Positions 13,510 through 25,739 of a stretch of 50,471 nt of DNA are shown here, one piece after another. The translations under genes and the position numbers were made by a program. Source of the stretch: Priapulus caudatus (Eukaryota); assembly GCF_000485595.1 (NCBI RefSeq), contig NW_014577091.1, positions 310,788 through 361,258 of the forward strand, read 5' to 3'. Position 1 is the first letter of the stretch. Each line of letters opens with the position of its first letter. The notes below the pieces were generated by a model. The model searched no databases and had not been told where the DNA came from. It saw only the letters and a program-made list of their open reading frames with translations.

Positions 13510-13818
13510 TAGTTGATACTAATAATAATATGCAGGACGCATTACCTATTTGTCTGTGACTATATTTATGTGTGTGCATGTACGTACTCGACGTCGTATG
13601 TACGTACGGTAGCATATAAACCCTGCTCATGGTATAAATCCTAATCAGATTTATGTGCACTCGATATTATCAGTACCTCTAGGAAGTGCGTACAATTTGC
13701 TACCATATCTCATATAGATTAGAAGTATGCCTACGAATATAGTAGCAGACTAGCAGCCCATATTGAGTTAATAGCTATAAATAGCATAAATACCTCCAAT
13801 GATGTAAAACATTGAGCT

Positions 13819-13846
13819 GTCTCTCTCTCTCTCTCTCTCTCTCTCT

Positions 13847-13918
<72 letters not shown>

Positions 13919-13928
13919 NNNNNNNNNN

Positions 13929-13991
<63 letters not shown>

Positions 13992-14010
13992 GTGCGTGCG
14001 TGTGCGCGTG
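13819..14010. repeat. Compound (CT)n(GT)n microsatellite with a 10-N gap
   Basis: Directly visible. Confidence 0.97.
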
Positions 14011-14116
14011 AACTGAGAAGACACAATTCAAATGCTGCTCAGCGATCGCGGTAGACTTACCTCCTGTTCAACGCGTGAGGCAATGACTCTATACTAGCAT
14101 TCCTGTCCGTAGTTAA

Positions 14117-14476
14117 AGTGATTACGTCACCGTAAATAGTAAAAAATAAAAATAATATTTCCACTTTTTCACAAAATATAAGTACTTTTGTTCACTTTTT
14201 ATGGTTAAATTGCTGCATTATACTTCTTATTTTACTATATTGTTCGATGTGAACATACACTCGTAACTCATACATAGCCCAATGCAAGCAATTAATGTTA
14301 GGAACACTAATATCAAATCGTCTAGGTTTTTTGGATTTTTAACTATAGTTGAGAAACAATCTTATCAGGTAAGAATGTGACGATACGTTTAGTCCCATTA
14401 GTTCTTACTTTTAATGTAAAAAAATGGCAACAAACATTTACAAATTTTACCATAGAAAATTCGTGACGTAGTCCCT
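14117..14476. mobile_element. Kolobok-like non-autonomous element (TTAA TSD)
   Basis: ttaa|agtgattacgtcac ... gtgacgtagtccct|ttaa; AG..CT termini. Confidence 0.7.
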
Positions 14477-14555
14477 TTAAAGGTTGCAACCCGCGGGCAA
14501 CCCGCCCATCTAGCCACACGTACGCTCTATTATCAGCTGGTGTGGGGTGGTAAGC

Positions 14556-14673
14556 GGCCGACGACCCTATTATAAAATTACCCTTCCCTACTTCCTATTC
14601 AATACGCACCTGAAGGCCGACGACCCCATTATAAAATTACCCTTCCCTACCTCATATTCAATACGCACCTGAA
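14556..14673. repeat. Two-copy tandem repeat of about 59 bp
   Basis: ggccgacgacc..attataaaattacccttccctac...ttcaatacgcacctgaa occurs twice. Confidence 0.85.
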
Positions 14674-14904
14674 CGCCTCGACGACTGCAATTTGCTCGTT
14701 GCTCTCACAGTCGGATTACCTCTAATACCACACGCTGAGCCGCCGCTTTCATATCTGGGGTTAGTGCTAATTGTCTCCTTTATCTGTCAGGTAGAGCGCG
14801 CGTGCGTCACTAGTACGATCCCGCAATAGTGTTCTGTCTTCTCGACAGCAGACAAGCTGCTGCTGCTGAACACGTTCCCGCGCGCGATTACAGCCTGTGA
14901 CACA

Positions 14905-14982
14905 GGCACCCGTACACGCGCACGCAACACAGTCACCCGTACACGCGCACGCAACACAAGCACCCGTACACGCGCACGCACG
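14905..14982. repeat. 27-bp tandem repeat x3
   Basis: Unit cacccgtacacgcgcacgcaacaca.. Confidence 0.85.
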
Positions 14983-16245
14983 CGGCGGACGACCGCGTTC
15001 TTGACTCGCGCCTGCTCTCAGTGAGCGAGAACAGTAGTAGTAGTAGTAGCATCCGTCCATGCGGCAAGCTGGCAGGCTGTAATACATGTCACAAATCGTA
15101 CTAATAGTGCTGATACTGCCATTGCTCACCCCGCGGCCAGCTAATGCCTCGCGACAAGCAGGCACTGGCAATTTCGTTCCAAGGCTTTGTCAGCGAGCAA
15201 TTCAACCAATGCAAGGGAGCTGCCAGTATATGCCCAGGATGAGTCATAGAAGACGGGTCTGCCACAGGAGCGCAATTTCCAGCAAGTCAATACAGTGAAT
15301 ATGAAATGGATATGTTGGGCCATGTGCGCGCCTGCATACCACGAGAATTACTGCGGGCGCGAGGATAGGAGGTGGGGGGATGTCTTCGTAGTGGCGCAAG
15401 CGAGTGATGATGCGTAAATTTCTCCCTGCAGAGATCAGCGGCTTCTTTCCGTTGCGTCGTTTCGTTCCGACTTCCTGCACCAGCAGTACAAATACGTCTC
15501 ACTGGAGCTTTATGCGAAATCAATTCACGCTCGCGCTCGAAAGTGCAGGCAACGTATTCGCTATGTGCGCGCCATCACGCATTGCAATGCGAGATTAATA
15601 ACAAGGAAGTGAATCCTCCCCGATGGCCAGTACGTTCGCGGTTCAACCGTGGCCTAACACGAGGAAGTGCTTCCAAGTAGAATCACAAATGATCGTAAAG
15701 TGTTCGCTGGAATATACATTGTAAATGCTAAAAAGAATCTACAATTTCATATGCCGATACTCCAGAGTAAACGAAAACAGAGTTTTTCTAGAAATTGACG
15801 TTCAAACACACCGTTACACGACTGAAGAAATACGACGCGTGACAATAATGTCTAGCTCCAATGGACGGGCATACATCGAAAGACCGTCTGTACTGAAGTT
15901 AGCCTTGCAGTATCGTCGCGCTCCATGCAGTGCAGTATATTCTATAGCTGCATAATTCCCCGCCTAGAATGGTGTGAAGCTCGAAATATAAACGGAAAAT
16001 ATAATATGCTGTCGCGCTCAGTTACGCACGATTCACGAATGCATGTCGCCTCTGCACTAGTTTCACATCTTTCTCACTCACAAAAATATCAAATAAAATA
16101 AGTTTCCCGCTTCTATTCTCCACCATTTTATGATCAATCTATCCCCATATCATCTGGTCTACGTTTGCTACAATTATTCACATTCCCATAATGGAATGGG
16201 CGCAACTGAAATGACATTTCATAGTAGAAGTCAGTAGAGCCCTTA

Positions 16246-17544
16246 GGGCCCAGTCACACCAGAGCTACGCTCATCACGATCGCCCCGTCCTAAAAAAATT
16301 TGCCCGAGCGTGGTGAGCGTGGTTGAGAGCGTGGCCAATTCGAGTTCGCGATCTTCTACGAGAAACATGGCATGGAGTAGTGTTGCCTTATCCATAGTGG
16401 ACACTGAACTGGTGGTCTGGCCAGGTTAGCACCCCAAATTAAAACGTATGAAAACGTATTGACATCGTGCTGAGAACAGGGCGAAAAAATTTACACACCC
16501 CCCCCCCACACGAAAGCAAAAAAAAAATAATATTATTTNNNNNNNNNNNNNNNNNNNNNNNNNNNNNNNNNNNNNNNNNNNNNNNNNNNNNNNNNNNNNN
16601 NNNNNNNNNNNNNNNNNNNNNNNNNNNNNNNNNNNNNNNNNNNNNNNNNNNNNNNNNNNNNNNNNNNNNNNNNNNNNNNNNNNNNNNNNNNNNNNNNNNN
16701 NNNNNNNNNNNNNNNNNNNNNNNNNNNNNNNNNNNNNNNNNNNNNNNNNNNNNNNNNNNNNNNNNNNNNNNNNNNNNNNNNNNNNNNNNNNNNNNNNNNN
16801 NNNNNNNNNNNNNNNNNNNNNNNNNNNNNNNNNNNNNNNNNNNNNNNNNNNNNNNNNNNNNNNNNNNNNNNNNNNNNNNNNNNNNNNNNNNNNNNNNNNN
16901 NNNNNNNNNNNNNNNNNNNNNNNNNNNNNNNNNNNNNNNNNNNNNNNNNNNNNNNNNNNNNNNNNNNNNNNNNNNNNNNNNNNNNNNNNNNNNNNNNNNN
17001 NNNNNNNNNNNNNNNNNNNNNNNNNNNNNNNNNNNNNNNNNNNNNNNGTCTTCTATTTTTCCTCCTCGTCCTCCTCAGCATGATGCCTTGGCAATCAAGT
17101 AGTTCGAGTTCTTCTACGAGAAACATGGCATGGAGTAGTGTTGCCTTATCCATAGTGGACACTGAACTGGTGGGCTGGCCAGGGTAGCACCCCAAATTAA
17201 AACGTATGAAAACGTATTGACATCGTGCTGAGAACAGGGCGAAAATTTTCACGCACCCGACACGCTTGCGATACGACCATTAAGTTCGTACTATGCTCGA
17301 GTTACGTGGGTACTACGCCTTCCACGTCTCTAATACGCCCGCACTGCGCTGTATTTCCGCCACGCGCGCACCACGATTATTTTGAACATGTTCAAAGTTT
17401 GGCCACGCTCATGCTGACTGCACCGCGCTCGATCACGATCGCAGTACGTCCATATACGTCCACACTGCGTTCTACACGTTTCCACCACGCTCTTAGAGCG
17501 TAGTACGAGCGTAGTGAGATCGGGGCCCTGGTGTGACTGGGGTA
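16246..17544. mobile_element. PIF/Harbinger-like element spanning the large gap
   Basis: TIRs cccagtcacaccag / ctggtgtgactggg with TWA-like flanks (tta / taa); 16338-16490 is repeated at 17100-17250. Confidence 0.65.
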
Positions 17545-18214
17545 TAAACTATTACCAGGTAATATGTAATCGAAATTTATATACTCAAACTTGGCCTGTT
17601 CAGAGCAGTTAGCTCTTATTTACTGGTGGCCAAGTACAGAACTTCGCGAATACCTACATAGAGGCTACATGTATCTTCTGATGTACACGCTAGCGTGTTC
17701 TGCGCAGAGTACTGGCAAAATAAAGCGGCAGAGTGAAAGTTATGACTTACAGCCGCTTACTTTGCTTGTTTATTGTGCCTACATGACGCGAGCCGAGTAG
17801 CCACATTACTGTTGATGCTGTCTCATATTTGTTTTATTTCGCCCACCGTGTCTTTGGGCCCACTCTGCAACTGTTTACAACGACATGACCCACGTCAATA
17901 CATAACTCAAGGCACATGTAAATAGCAGCACGACTCCATTTCCACGTTCCATGTTGGACGATCGCAGACCTGGATATCCTTGTGCAATCAGTAGACGGAC
18001 GCCAGTCGCGGTTTCATGGAAATTAGGCAATCACAAACAGCTGGTTCATTGATGTGAAGATTAATCGGGAGTAAGCATAATGAAAAAAACAAAAGCCAAC
18101 TAGCAAGGCTTCAGAAACACTGATGTAAATAATAATGTAAGTCCAAAATTTATTTATTTACACGACAGCTTCTCACGCACTGAAGAAGCTAGCATTTAGC
18201 CATGCCAAGTGACC

Positions 18215-18281
18215 TAGATACAATAATGTCACCCAACGCAAGAGTAGCGATGTCTTGTGTTGGGTTACATTATTGTATCTA
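18215..18281. repeat. Short hairpin / micro-MITE
   Basis: tagatacaataatgtcacccaacgcaaga ... tcttgtgttgggttacattattgtatcta: about 29-bp arms with 2 mismatches. Confidence 0.7.
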
Positions 18282-18327
18282 CAGGCAGCCTAGCTACCAG
18301 AACTATCATGTCCCGTTTAGGGAATAC

Positions 18328-18770
18328 TAGGGACAATGATTTTCCGTTTCAAAAAATTGCCTTTTCCGTTTGGGGAAATCATGAATTCCATTTCAAAATA
18401 AAGAAAAAATGAAAATTCCGTTTTGCCATAGAGATTGTACACACCAAAAATGCAAAATTCCGTTTACATATATTTGCATGAAAAAAAAGTTTTTGGTACA
18501 ACCTGACAGTTGGGTTGGCACCGAAACACAGGGCTACCGCAAGTCGTAATTGTAAGTCATTTCACTCTGAAACTTGTCTGAATGTAAACCATATCATTAC
18601 CAATGATATTGTCGATGGGTTTTTGCGTGATTTTATTGAAATTTCCATGTTGTAATATGTTCAAATTACGTTTTCCGCGTTTTTCCGTTTGAAAACATCT
18701 TTTCCGTTTCCAATGGTCGTTTGCGTGTTTTCCGTCCGTTTTCCGCAATCGCGGAAAATCACTGTCCCTA
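18328..18770. mobile_element. hAT-like MITE with 6-bp TSD (GAATAC)
   Basis: TIRs tagggacaatgattttccg / cggaaaatcactgtcccta; repeated TTCCGT subterminal motifs; inverted sister copy at 38498-38918. Confidence 0.88.
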
Positions 18771-20241
18771 GAATACAACTGCCAGAAATTTTGACTGAAA
18801 GGTAATAAGAATTCAGCTGCAAGAAATTTTAAATAAAACCACTTAGGTTAATTAACCATTTAACCCTATACTTTTCAGTTTTACTCCACAGTATAATGTA
18901 GCAGTGATCATGTGATTATGAGAAAGGGGATTTATTCCCTACGTATTTAATAAACATGTTTAAATTTCACAAAGTTTAAAGTGTCTTTACTGGTGTTCAC
19001 TTTTAAAATAAGAGCATTATAAATTTAGTGTTAAAATCATACAGTTTAGTGTTTGCAATTATATGGACCATGTTAATTTTGTGGTATATTCGATGAAATG
19101 TGTCTTTGTGATGGTATGACTGGAAACAAATGCTTCTTGGCCAAGCAAACAGCATTCAAGTAAAAATGTTGATTTACATGTAGACGAACTAGCCAAATGA
19201 TTCAAGCAGAATGAAATGGCTGAAGCACATATACATGAAGGTTATATGATCTTTTTTTATCAACCTTCACGTTAATTAGGGAGCGCAGCAGATCTGAATA
19301 TTGAAGTTCCATCTATAACAAAAAGTTTAACTGAAAATGATATAGATTTTTAAAATATTACATTATCTTGAGAAACCTTAGGGAACATCTGAGCTATGTG
19401 CTTATGTGGCTCGGAATTGTTGACGTTATTACCTGTGGCAATTCAAGCTTAAGGAAATCCACAAATCACGTTATTTATGAGTGCCATGTATAGTAGGACA
19501 TTCACATACTTAAGGGAGAAAAACATATATAAATTTCAATAACTAAAAAGATTCAGCAAAAAAACATTATATTTGCTGCTTGCAAAATGCCACATTTAAA
19601 AAATTTACTATTGCAGTACACCTTTTAATAGAACACTTTTTATATTACTTACCAGTATATGACTAATACAACAGAATACCTATATATTGCAAGCTCTTTC
19701 TCAGAATTTAACTCGTACTCGTTTTTAAATGATAAATCATATATAATTTTACAATGAATTATGTAAATTTTACTAACCTTATACTTACCTTCCTTTACGT
19801 ATCACATTTCTTCTTCAGAATAGATGTTGCTAAAAAGGGGGAGGGGGGATGACAACAGGCATACTTGTGGGGGGAGGAAATTTCATGACTCAACTGTGTA
19901 ATGATGAGCGACAGGTGCAGTTCTTCATCGACGTCCATAGACTAGTGTGGTAGGGGTGGGTCTGAGACAAGGCTTTCACGGATAAGTGACCAAAAAAATC
20001 ACGTTAGAATTATTTGCAATTATTAGCTCAGCTTTTTTAAATTTTGCTCCAAAATCTAGGGGGGCAGCTGCCCCCCTTGCCCCACCCCCCAACAGGCTTG
20101 GGCCCTGATGACAACGTTAATATTGTAATCATTTTATCCGCAAGGTGACATTTTCCTCAAGGCTGCAGTCATCCGGCTAGAGCAACTTACAGATAATAGC
20201 AATAGTCGCATCCATGGGTTTCCGCAATAACCCCGGTTCAA

Positions 20242-20259
20242 ATCCTGGTCACGGCACCA
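20242..20259 (-). other. Primer-binding site complementary to the 3' end of tRNA-His
   Basis: Minus strand TGGTGCCGTGACCAGGAT; plus strand reads ggttcaaatcctggtcacggcacca, i.e. T-loop, acceptor arm and CCA of tRNA-His. Confidence 0.8.
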
Positions 20260-20262
20260 AAA

Positions 20263-20650
20263 TGTAACGACTGGCGCAACGTTACACAATGGAGAAGGTG
20301 GAGAGGACGGAGGCTGGTAGAAAGGACGGGCGTGATGTGAGACGGGCGGAAAAGGGAGAGATGAGAAGAGATGAGAGAGAAGATACCAAAAACAAAGTCT
20401 GGCGGTACGGGAACACGAAGGATCTTTATTCCAACTCCATTCAAATAGCAGCAAATGCAGAGCCGCTCACATAGGCTCAGGACGGATCGTGCGGTGCCTC
20501 GAATTCTCTGCCCCGGCATGGGTATGCGAGCCCTGTTATATCCTTGTGCACGTGTTTTCCGCCTCCTTTGTCTCGGCGACACGGAGGGTGGCAAACATGT
20601 CGCCAATTATACCAATAGGTGATTGGTCCCGTAAAAGCCTTTTTGCTACA
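20263..20650 (-). mobile_element. LTR of an LTR retrotransposon (5' LTR of a truncated element)
   Basis: Minus strand TGTAGC...GTTACA with a TATA-like gatataa (about 20540) and AATAAA (20425-20430), followed 3 nt later by a PBS. The LTR 5' boundary is approximate. Confidence 0.7.
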
Positions 20651-20849
20651 ACTAATTCCGCTGTTATTACAACTTCTAGGTTGGTTATGCAGCCAGCCTT
20701 TGGCGACACCGCATCCGGTGTCGTGCCGCTGGCCAAGGTACTTTAGCGCCTATTTCTACGTATAACTACTCCTACAGCTGTGTTATAATTAGCTTACAAT
20801 GGGGTAGAATTTCCGGCGCAACATTGCTCGCTACATATGCTCAAATTAA

Positions 20850-21910
20850 TACTTATCTCCATGAAACCAACTTCAGTCCACGCAGCTAGAATCCTTTAGA
20901 CTGGAGCCAGTCCAGGCTGGATGGAATGACAGTGAAATGTAAGATGGCTTACGTTCGAGTCCGATAGATTTCGCGCAATACTTTGTTGATCTTGTTGTAA
21001 ATGGAGATTTTGTTTCACTACACGTACTTAACAGTTTATTGTAACAGTCTTATATGCTGCACTCACCAGAAGTGCCTGTAAACGAACAGCCCAATGCTGT
21101 AGTGTACATCATGATGGTTAAAGACACCAACTCTTCTGACTGCCTTATACTCCATTTCGTTCCCACCGAGAATGTCCATTTAAATCCTTGAATCTTTGGT
21201 TCCAGCCACCAGCTTCTTGTAAGATCCACGAAAAATAGCCATGGACACCTGCCCCCAAAAACATTATAGCACAGCTCTTCAAGTCCACAACAACCTGTTG
21301 CATTCAATTTGTTACGCCATACTGCTTCTTAACCTCCAAGCCACTTTTTGGTGCCGACGAGTAACTAACTCTTGAATTACAGTCACTGGCGGTACACTAT
21401 ACTCAAGCCTCATATATTCTGCAGCATATAATAAAAAGTGTCGTAGGAAAAGTCAACTCAAGCGATTCGTTAACGTGTTCTTGAAAGTTCTTCAGGGTGG
21501 ATCCCATTCACTTGTTAATAATCCTTGCTGATGATACATCAATGTGCCATCCCATTCACTGCGCGTCTCAAGGATTTAACCACTGTTTATAAAATAACTT
21601 GTTATTAATCCTTGCTGATGATAAATCAATGTGCCATCGCATTCATTGCGCGTATCAAGGATTTAACCACTGTTTATAACATAACTTGTTATTAATACTT
21701 GCTGATGATGATACATCATCATGGAGACTGGAGATCCATGCCAAAAATATAGAGCACTGCCAACATCTCCAAGAAATTAGTGGTCAATGCTGGAAAGATC
21801 GAAATTCTAAATCTAGTTTAGCCACTAAAGAGAGGAGGCAGATTAGAAGCTTCGAAAAGTTCTTTAATTACCCCAGTACAGAGGTCCGAATGTGCACTAG
21901 TGACGTCTAG
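20850..21910 (+). mobile_element. Decayed L1/Tx1-like LINE fragments
   Basis: Frameshifted remnants resembling the RT C-terminal zinc-knuckle region (about 21340-21380, HF..WC.RV) and a PLKRGG segment (about 21820); weak. Confidence 0.25.
21510..21716. repeat. 87-bp tandem repeat, about 2.4 copies
   Basis: Units start at 21510, 21597 and 21684. Confidence 0.9.
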
Positions 21911-22428
21911 GCATAGTCCATTTGTCTGTTAAATAGTTCGCTCGTGTCTTCCTAGTGTGCTTATCGACGAGTTTCAGTATGTATGAGAAATCCACAGAAT
22001 TATTATAAATTTATATTTGCAAATTAATTGTCGCTGTAATCAAACATGCTATGGTGTTACGGCGTGTTCAATCCCAATTTTCTATGCTATAACAGAATAA
22101 ATTCCTAGTGTTTTTCAAGTTGGTGTAATCGGTAATATATCCGCTATGAGGTGAGACTATATTTCGCTATATTTTTCCCAAATTATGCGTTTATGAGAAA
22201 TTATTTCGAAATACTGGCTTTAAATAGTTACAAATGCCATACATCCTTCCATTACTCCATAGTTCGTTTTAAGACCACCCTGTTATTAATATACTGTATC
22301 AATATATTCGAAGCATGAACCATTCACAAGCCAGTAAATGGCTGTTTGCGTGATTTAGGTAGCTATCATGCAACAGATGCTGTTGAAATACAATGAGATC
22401 TCACTTGTGATCTATTTCTTCATAGTAT

Positions 22429-23334
22429 CATGAGTTAATAATGACAAAGGAGTAAGACACCGATTTGGTACTGATTTCACTACATTTTTGTCATACGAGT
22501 TCGATGTGAATAAAAATACAAATGTATACAAACATGAGCTTCTTTTGTTCACTGGTCCTTATTCTATCTTCCGGTAGTATTACAAACCGCGTAGCTTCCT
22601 TCGTTTTGACATAAATCGTACTTTTGCACATGGTTTTCACGTTTTTGAGCGTCCTCTGGCTAGGCCAAGTGGTAAATTCGCACACACAGCAACTGGAATG
22701 AGGCGCGGCAGGGTTTTTAGGCGGTAGTCTAGCCGAGTGCAGAAAATGCGCTTAGAAATTAAGTTACGTTGCACCCATGCTGGGTTTAAAAATTAAAACA
22801 ATTTTACATTGAAACTATAGTTAGAATGCCTTGTTTTTATGGTTGAATCCCGCAGTTTTTTTTATATACGCTGCGCTGGTAAAATATCTGAACTACTTCA
22901 CCTGCGGAGGAATGATGTGTATGAATCTTAGCGAGTAAATTGACGCTCCAGCCGATTGTAGCTTTTCGCCCGTGTTTTGCATAGCAACCGTTAGCTCTAG
23001 TAACTAAAGCCTGCGTACAGTTGCCGCTGGCGCTGCTTGAGGCGATCCCTGCCGTGCCTCATTCTAGTTGCTGTGTGTGCAAATTTCCCGCTTGGCCTCG
23101 CACGAGGACGGTCAAGAACGTGAAAACCATGTCGTGCAAAAGTACGATTTATGTCAAAACGAAGGAAGCTACGCGGTTTGTAATACTACCGGAAGATAGA
23201 ATAAGGACCAGTGAACAAAAGAAGCTCATGTTTGTATACATTTGTATTTTTATTCACATCAAACTCGTACGACAAAAATGTAGTGAAATCAGTACCAAAT
23301 CGGTGTCTTACTCCTTTGTCATTATTAACTCCTG
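22429..23334. mobile_element. Non-autonomous long-TIR element with 7-bp TSD (P-superfamily-like)
   Basis: About 285-bp inverted arms (22429-22712 / 23047-23334), CA...TG termini, TSD ATAGTAT at 22422-22428 and 23335-23341. Confidence 0.88.
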
Positions 23335-24459
23335 ATAGTATCCATATTTCCCATGCACAGAATTTTGAATATTGTGGAAATCAATGTTTCTTCTTATTTT
23401 TTGCACTTGTTTGTTACAAAGTTCTAACCTGCGTCATCCAGTTGTACAGATCATATCAGATGTGGTAATTCCTTGGTACCAATGTTGTGATACTTCCAAG
23501 TAACACAGAATGCTGCAAACAAGTGAACAACCAAGGGTTTCCACTTCTTTCACACTATCTTCTTGCTTCGATTTATAGATAAGTTTAAGGTTTACATAAT
23601 TACTTTGGAATCAATCACGATTGCCTTTTAGTAATCCATTAAGCGGTTTGCAGAGCCACCAGATCCACGCATTTCAGTGGGCTGCGTATGAAACACAAGA
23701 TATTGCAAGACTGTGTCTGCGGAAGAATCATGCAGATAATCAAACTCTGCTGTAGCATAACATGAAAACTCAGGTTATCACGATCTACTGATGACCCTAC
23801 ATTCATGTTACTTTACCGCGAAATTACCTTCCAGGTCGAGTGATGTCAATCGATAAACTATCGCTGACACTCTAAACTATTCTGTGGGGACCAACGCCAT
23901 AAAATATGTATACAGACTAATCCCATTTTAGTCAGTACACTGCATTCCTCACAGCGTGTCCACACTGCTGCACATCTTTAGAGAATGGGATAACCCTCTC
24001 ATATATGCAGTGCTAGCATTGATCGTGCGACCCTCTCAGAAGCTGGGCCACTAGTTTTCATATATAGTAAAGTTGCGCTCTTATTTACATTTCTTGCAAT
24101 AATCACTCAGGCAAGCACACTTGCACTCACGCTCACACGTGTATATATATATATGTTCACAAGCATAATCTGTACATGCCTTGGTTTCCAATCGTCTAGT
24201 CTTTTTGAGGTGGTCTCCATCGGCTATGCAGCCAATTTCTAGTACATATTACATAACTGTGCAACTGTGTAAGCAACTGTGCAATCTATAAAATGTCTCT
24301 GCCGAGTACTCCAGTACTCCAGTAGGGCATGACCAGCAGACACTGCTATTCAAACACATAACTGCAGGCACGTCCAAATATTATCACCAAGTCTCTGAAC
24401 TGTTTCTCTACGAAAACCATTATGCAACAGACAAAGCATTCAATATCACATCTTAAAGT

Positions 24460-25739
24460 GAGAAACAAATACAAGATAATTTTATTACAACGGAACGCTG
24501 CTGACAAAGAACACCATTCTACGGAAACTTCAATACATGTTTCAAAACTACGTTTTTGATGATCATCTCTGAGACGTACATTATTGACAAAAACAAAGCC
24601 TATAGGGCCTATACTACAATAGATATAATATGAGAATGACGATGTAATTATCCACATCAGGGCCTTTACATATAAATCCTAGCTACAATATGGTCCATGG
24701 GTGCCGGGGCACACGTAGTGAATCATCAGAAATCAAAACTTCATGACATATAATACATGTGCGCTGTACTTCTAAAATCATCATCCGAACTCCTTCACAC
24801 TCCAAGATTGTTTCACTTATCTGCTGGACTACACATCTCAAATGCAGTTGCATGAGTAGTTAACTCAAGTGAGATCGTAACACATTTACTGACATAAAAT
24901 TCCCACAACACATGACACATAGTTACTTCAAAATGATTAATATCCGAGCACGTCTGTGCTTCAATAGTAGGCAAACCAAGCAAGGTTTACAGTTACACTC
25001 ACACACGCACAACACTAAACACATACGCAATAACTCAAGTCTCTGTTATAACCATTTAAAACTGCTGGACTCTCAGTGTACAACATGATGCAGTTACTAT
25101 ACTGATAATATTATAATAAAACATCTTGAAACAACTCTTCCCTTAAATACACATAGACGCGCATAGCTATTCCTACTGTTGTCTCAGTGCACGAAAGATG
25201 TACATACGAGAATAGCAATCACAATAACTACATAGCTCAATCGGAAATTCTCGATAAACTTTCATTTTACAGACATTTATTTGTTAATATTTGAGGGGCA
25301 AGTTGCCTATTTCATGCATTTAATAAACTAAAACGGTCATCAGTGATAGTACTTGCTGTAACAAATGTACACAAACTTGCACAGGATAGCGTAGTCATGG
25401 TCAATCATAAGGTATATATTTACATTTACAATGAAGGCTTGGCAAAATTTGTCCGGAAATTCCCTCGAATGCAATTCTTGTACATGAACACCTTACGTGC
25501 ACAACTGCAAATTAACGGCAAACAGCAATTGTCCAACTCAGTTTGCAATCTCATATTTATAGCAAACACAAATTATTATATTCATAACCTTTAGTTTTTT
25601 TTGTTAAAATTAAAATCAAAACCGCCCTGCTTCAATATGTTGAATAGCCTGCATTGTTTGTATGTTCCCAGAAAGAATGCAGCCATCATAATTCCACACA
25701 ATACCGGTATGCGCTCGCTCACGTGCTCGATTACAGCTC
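24460..25739 (-). other. Probable 3' UTR of the DBHS gene with candidate polyadenylation signals
   Basis: Repeat-free, U-rich (minus strand) region after the stop codon; AATAAA on the minus strand at 25276-25281 and 24481-24486. Confidence 0.45.

Noticed and set aside
16467..17252. 211-aa and 239-aa ORFs
   Set aside because: Their length comes from reading through the N gap.
20222..20259. tRNA-His gene
   Set aside because: Only the 3' half is present, it includes an encoded CCA, and it abuts an LTR end; better explained as a PBS.
22491..23335. Two similar ORFs (..CKSTIYVKTKEATRFV..) on opposite strands
   Set aside because: They are the two arms of one inverted repeat, not paralogous genes.
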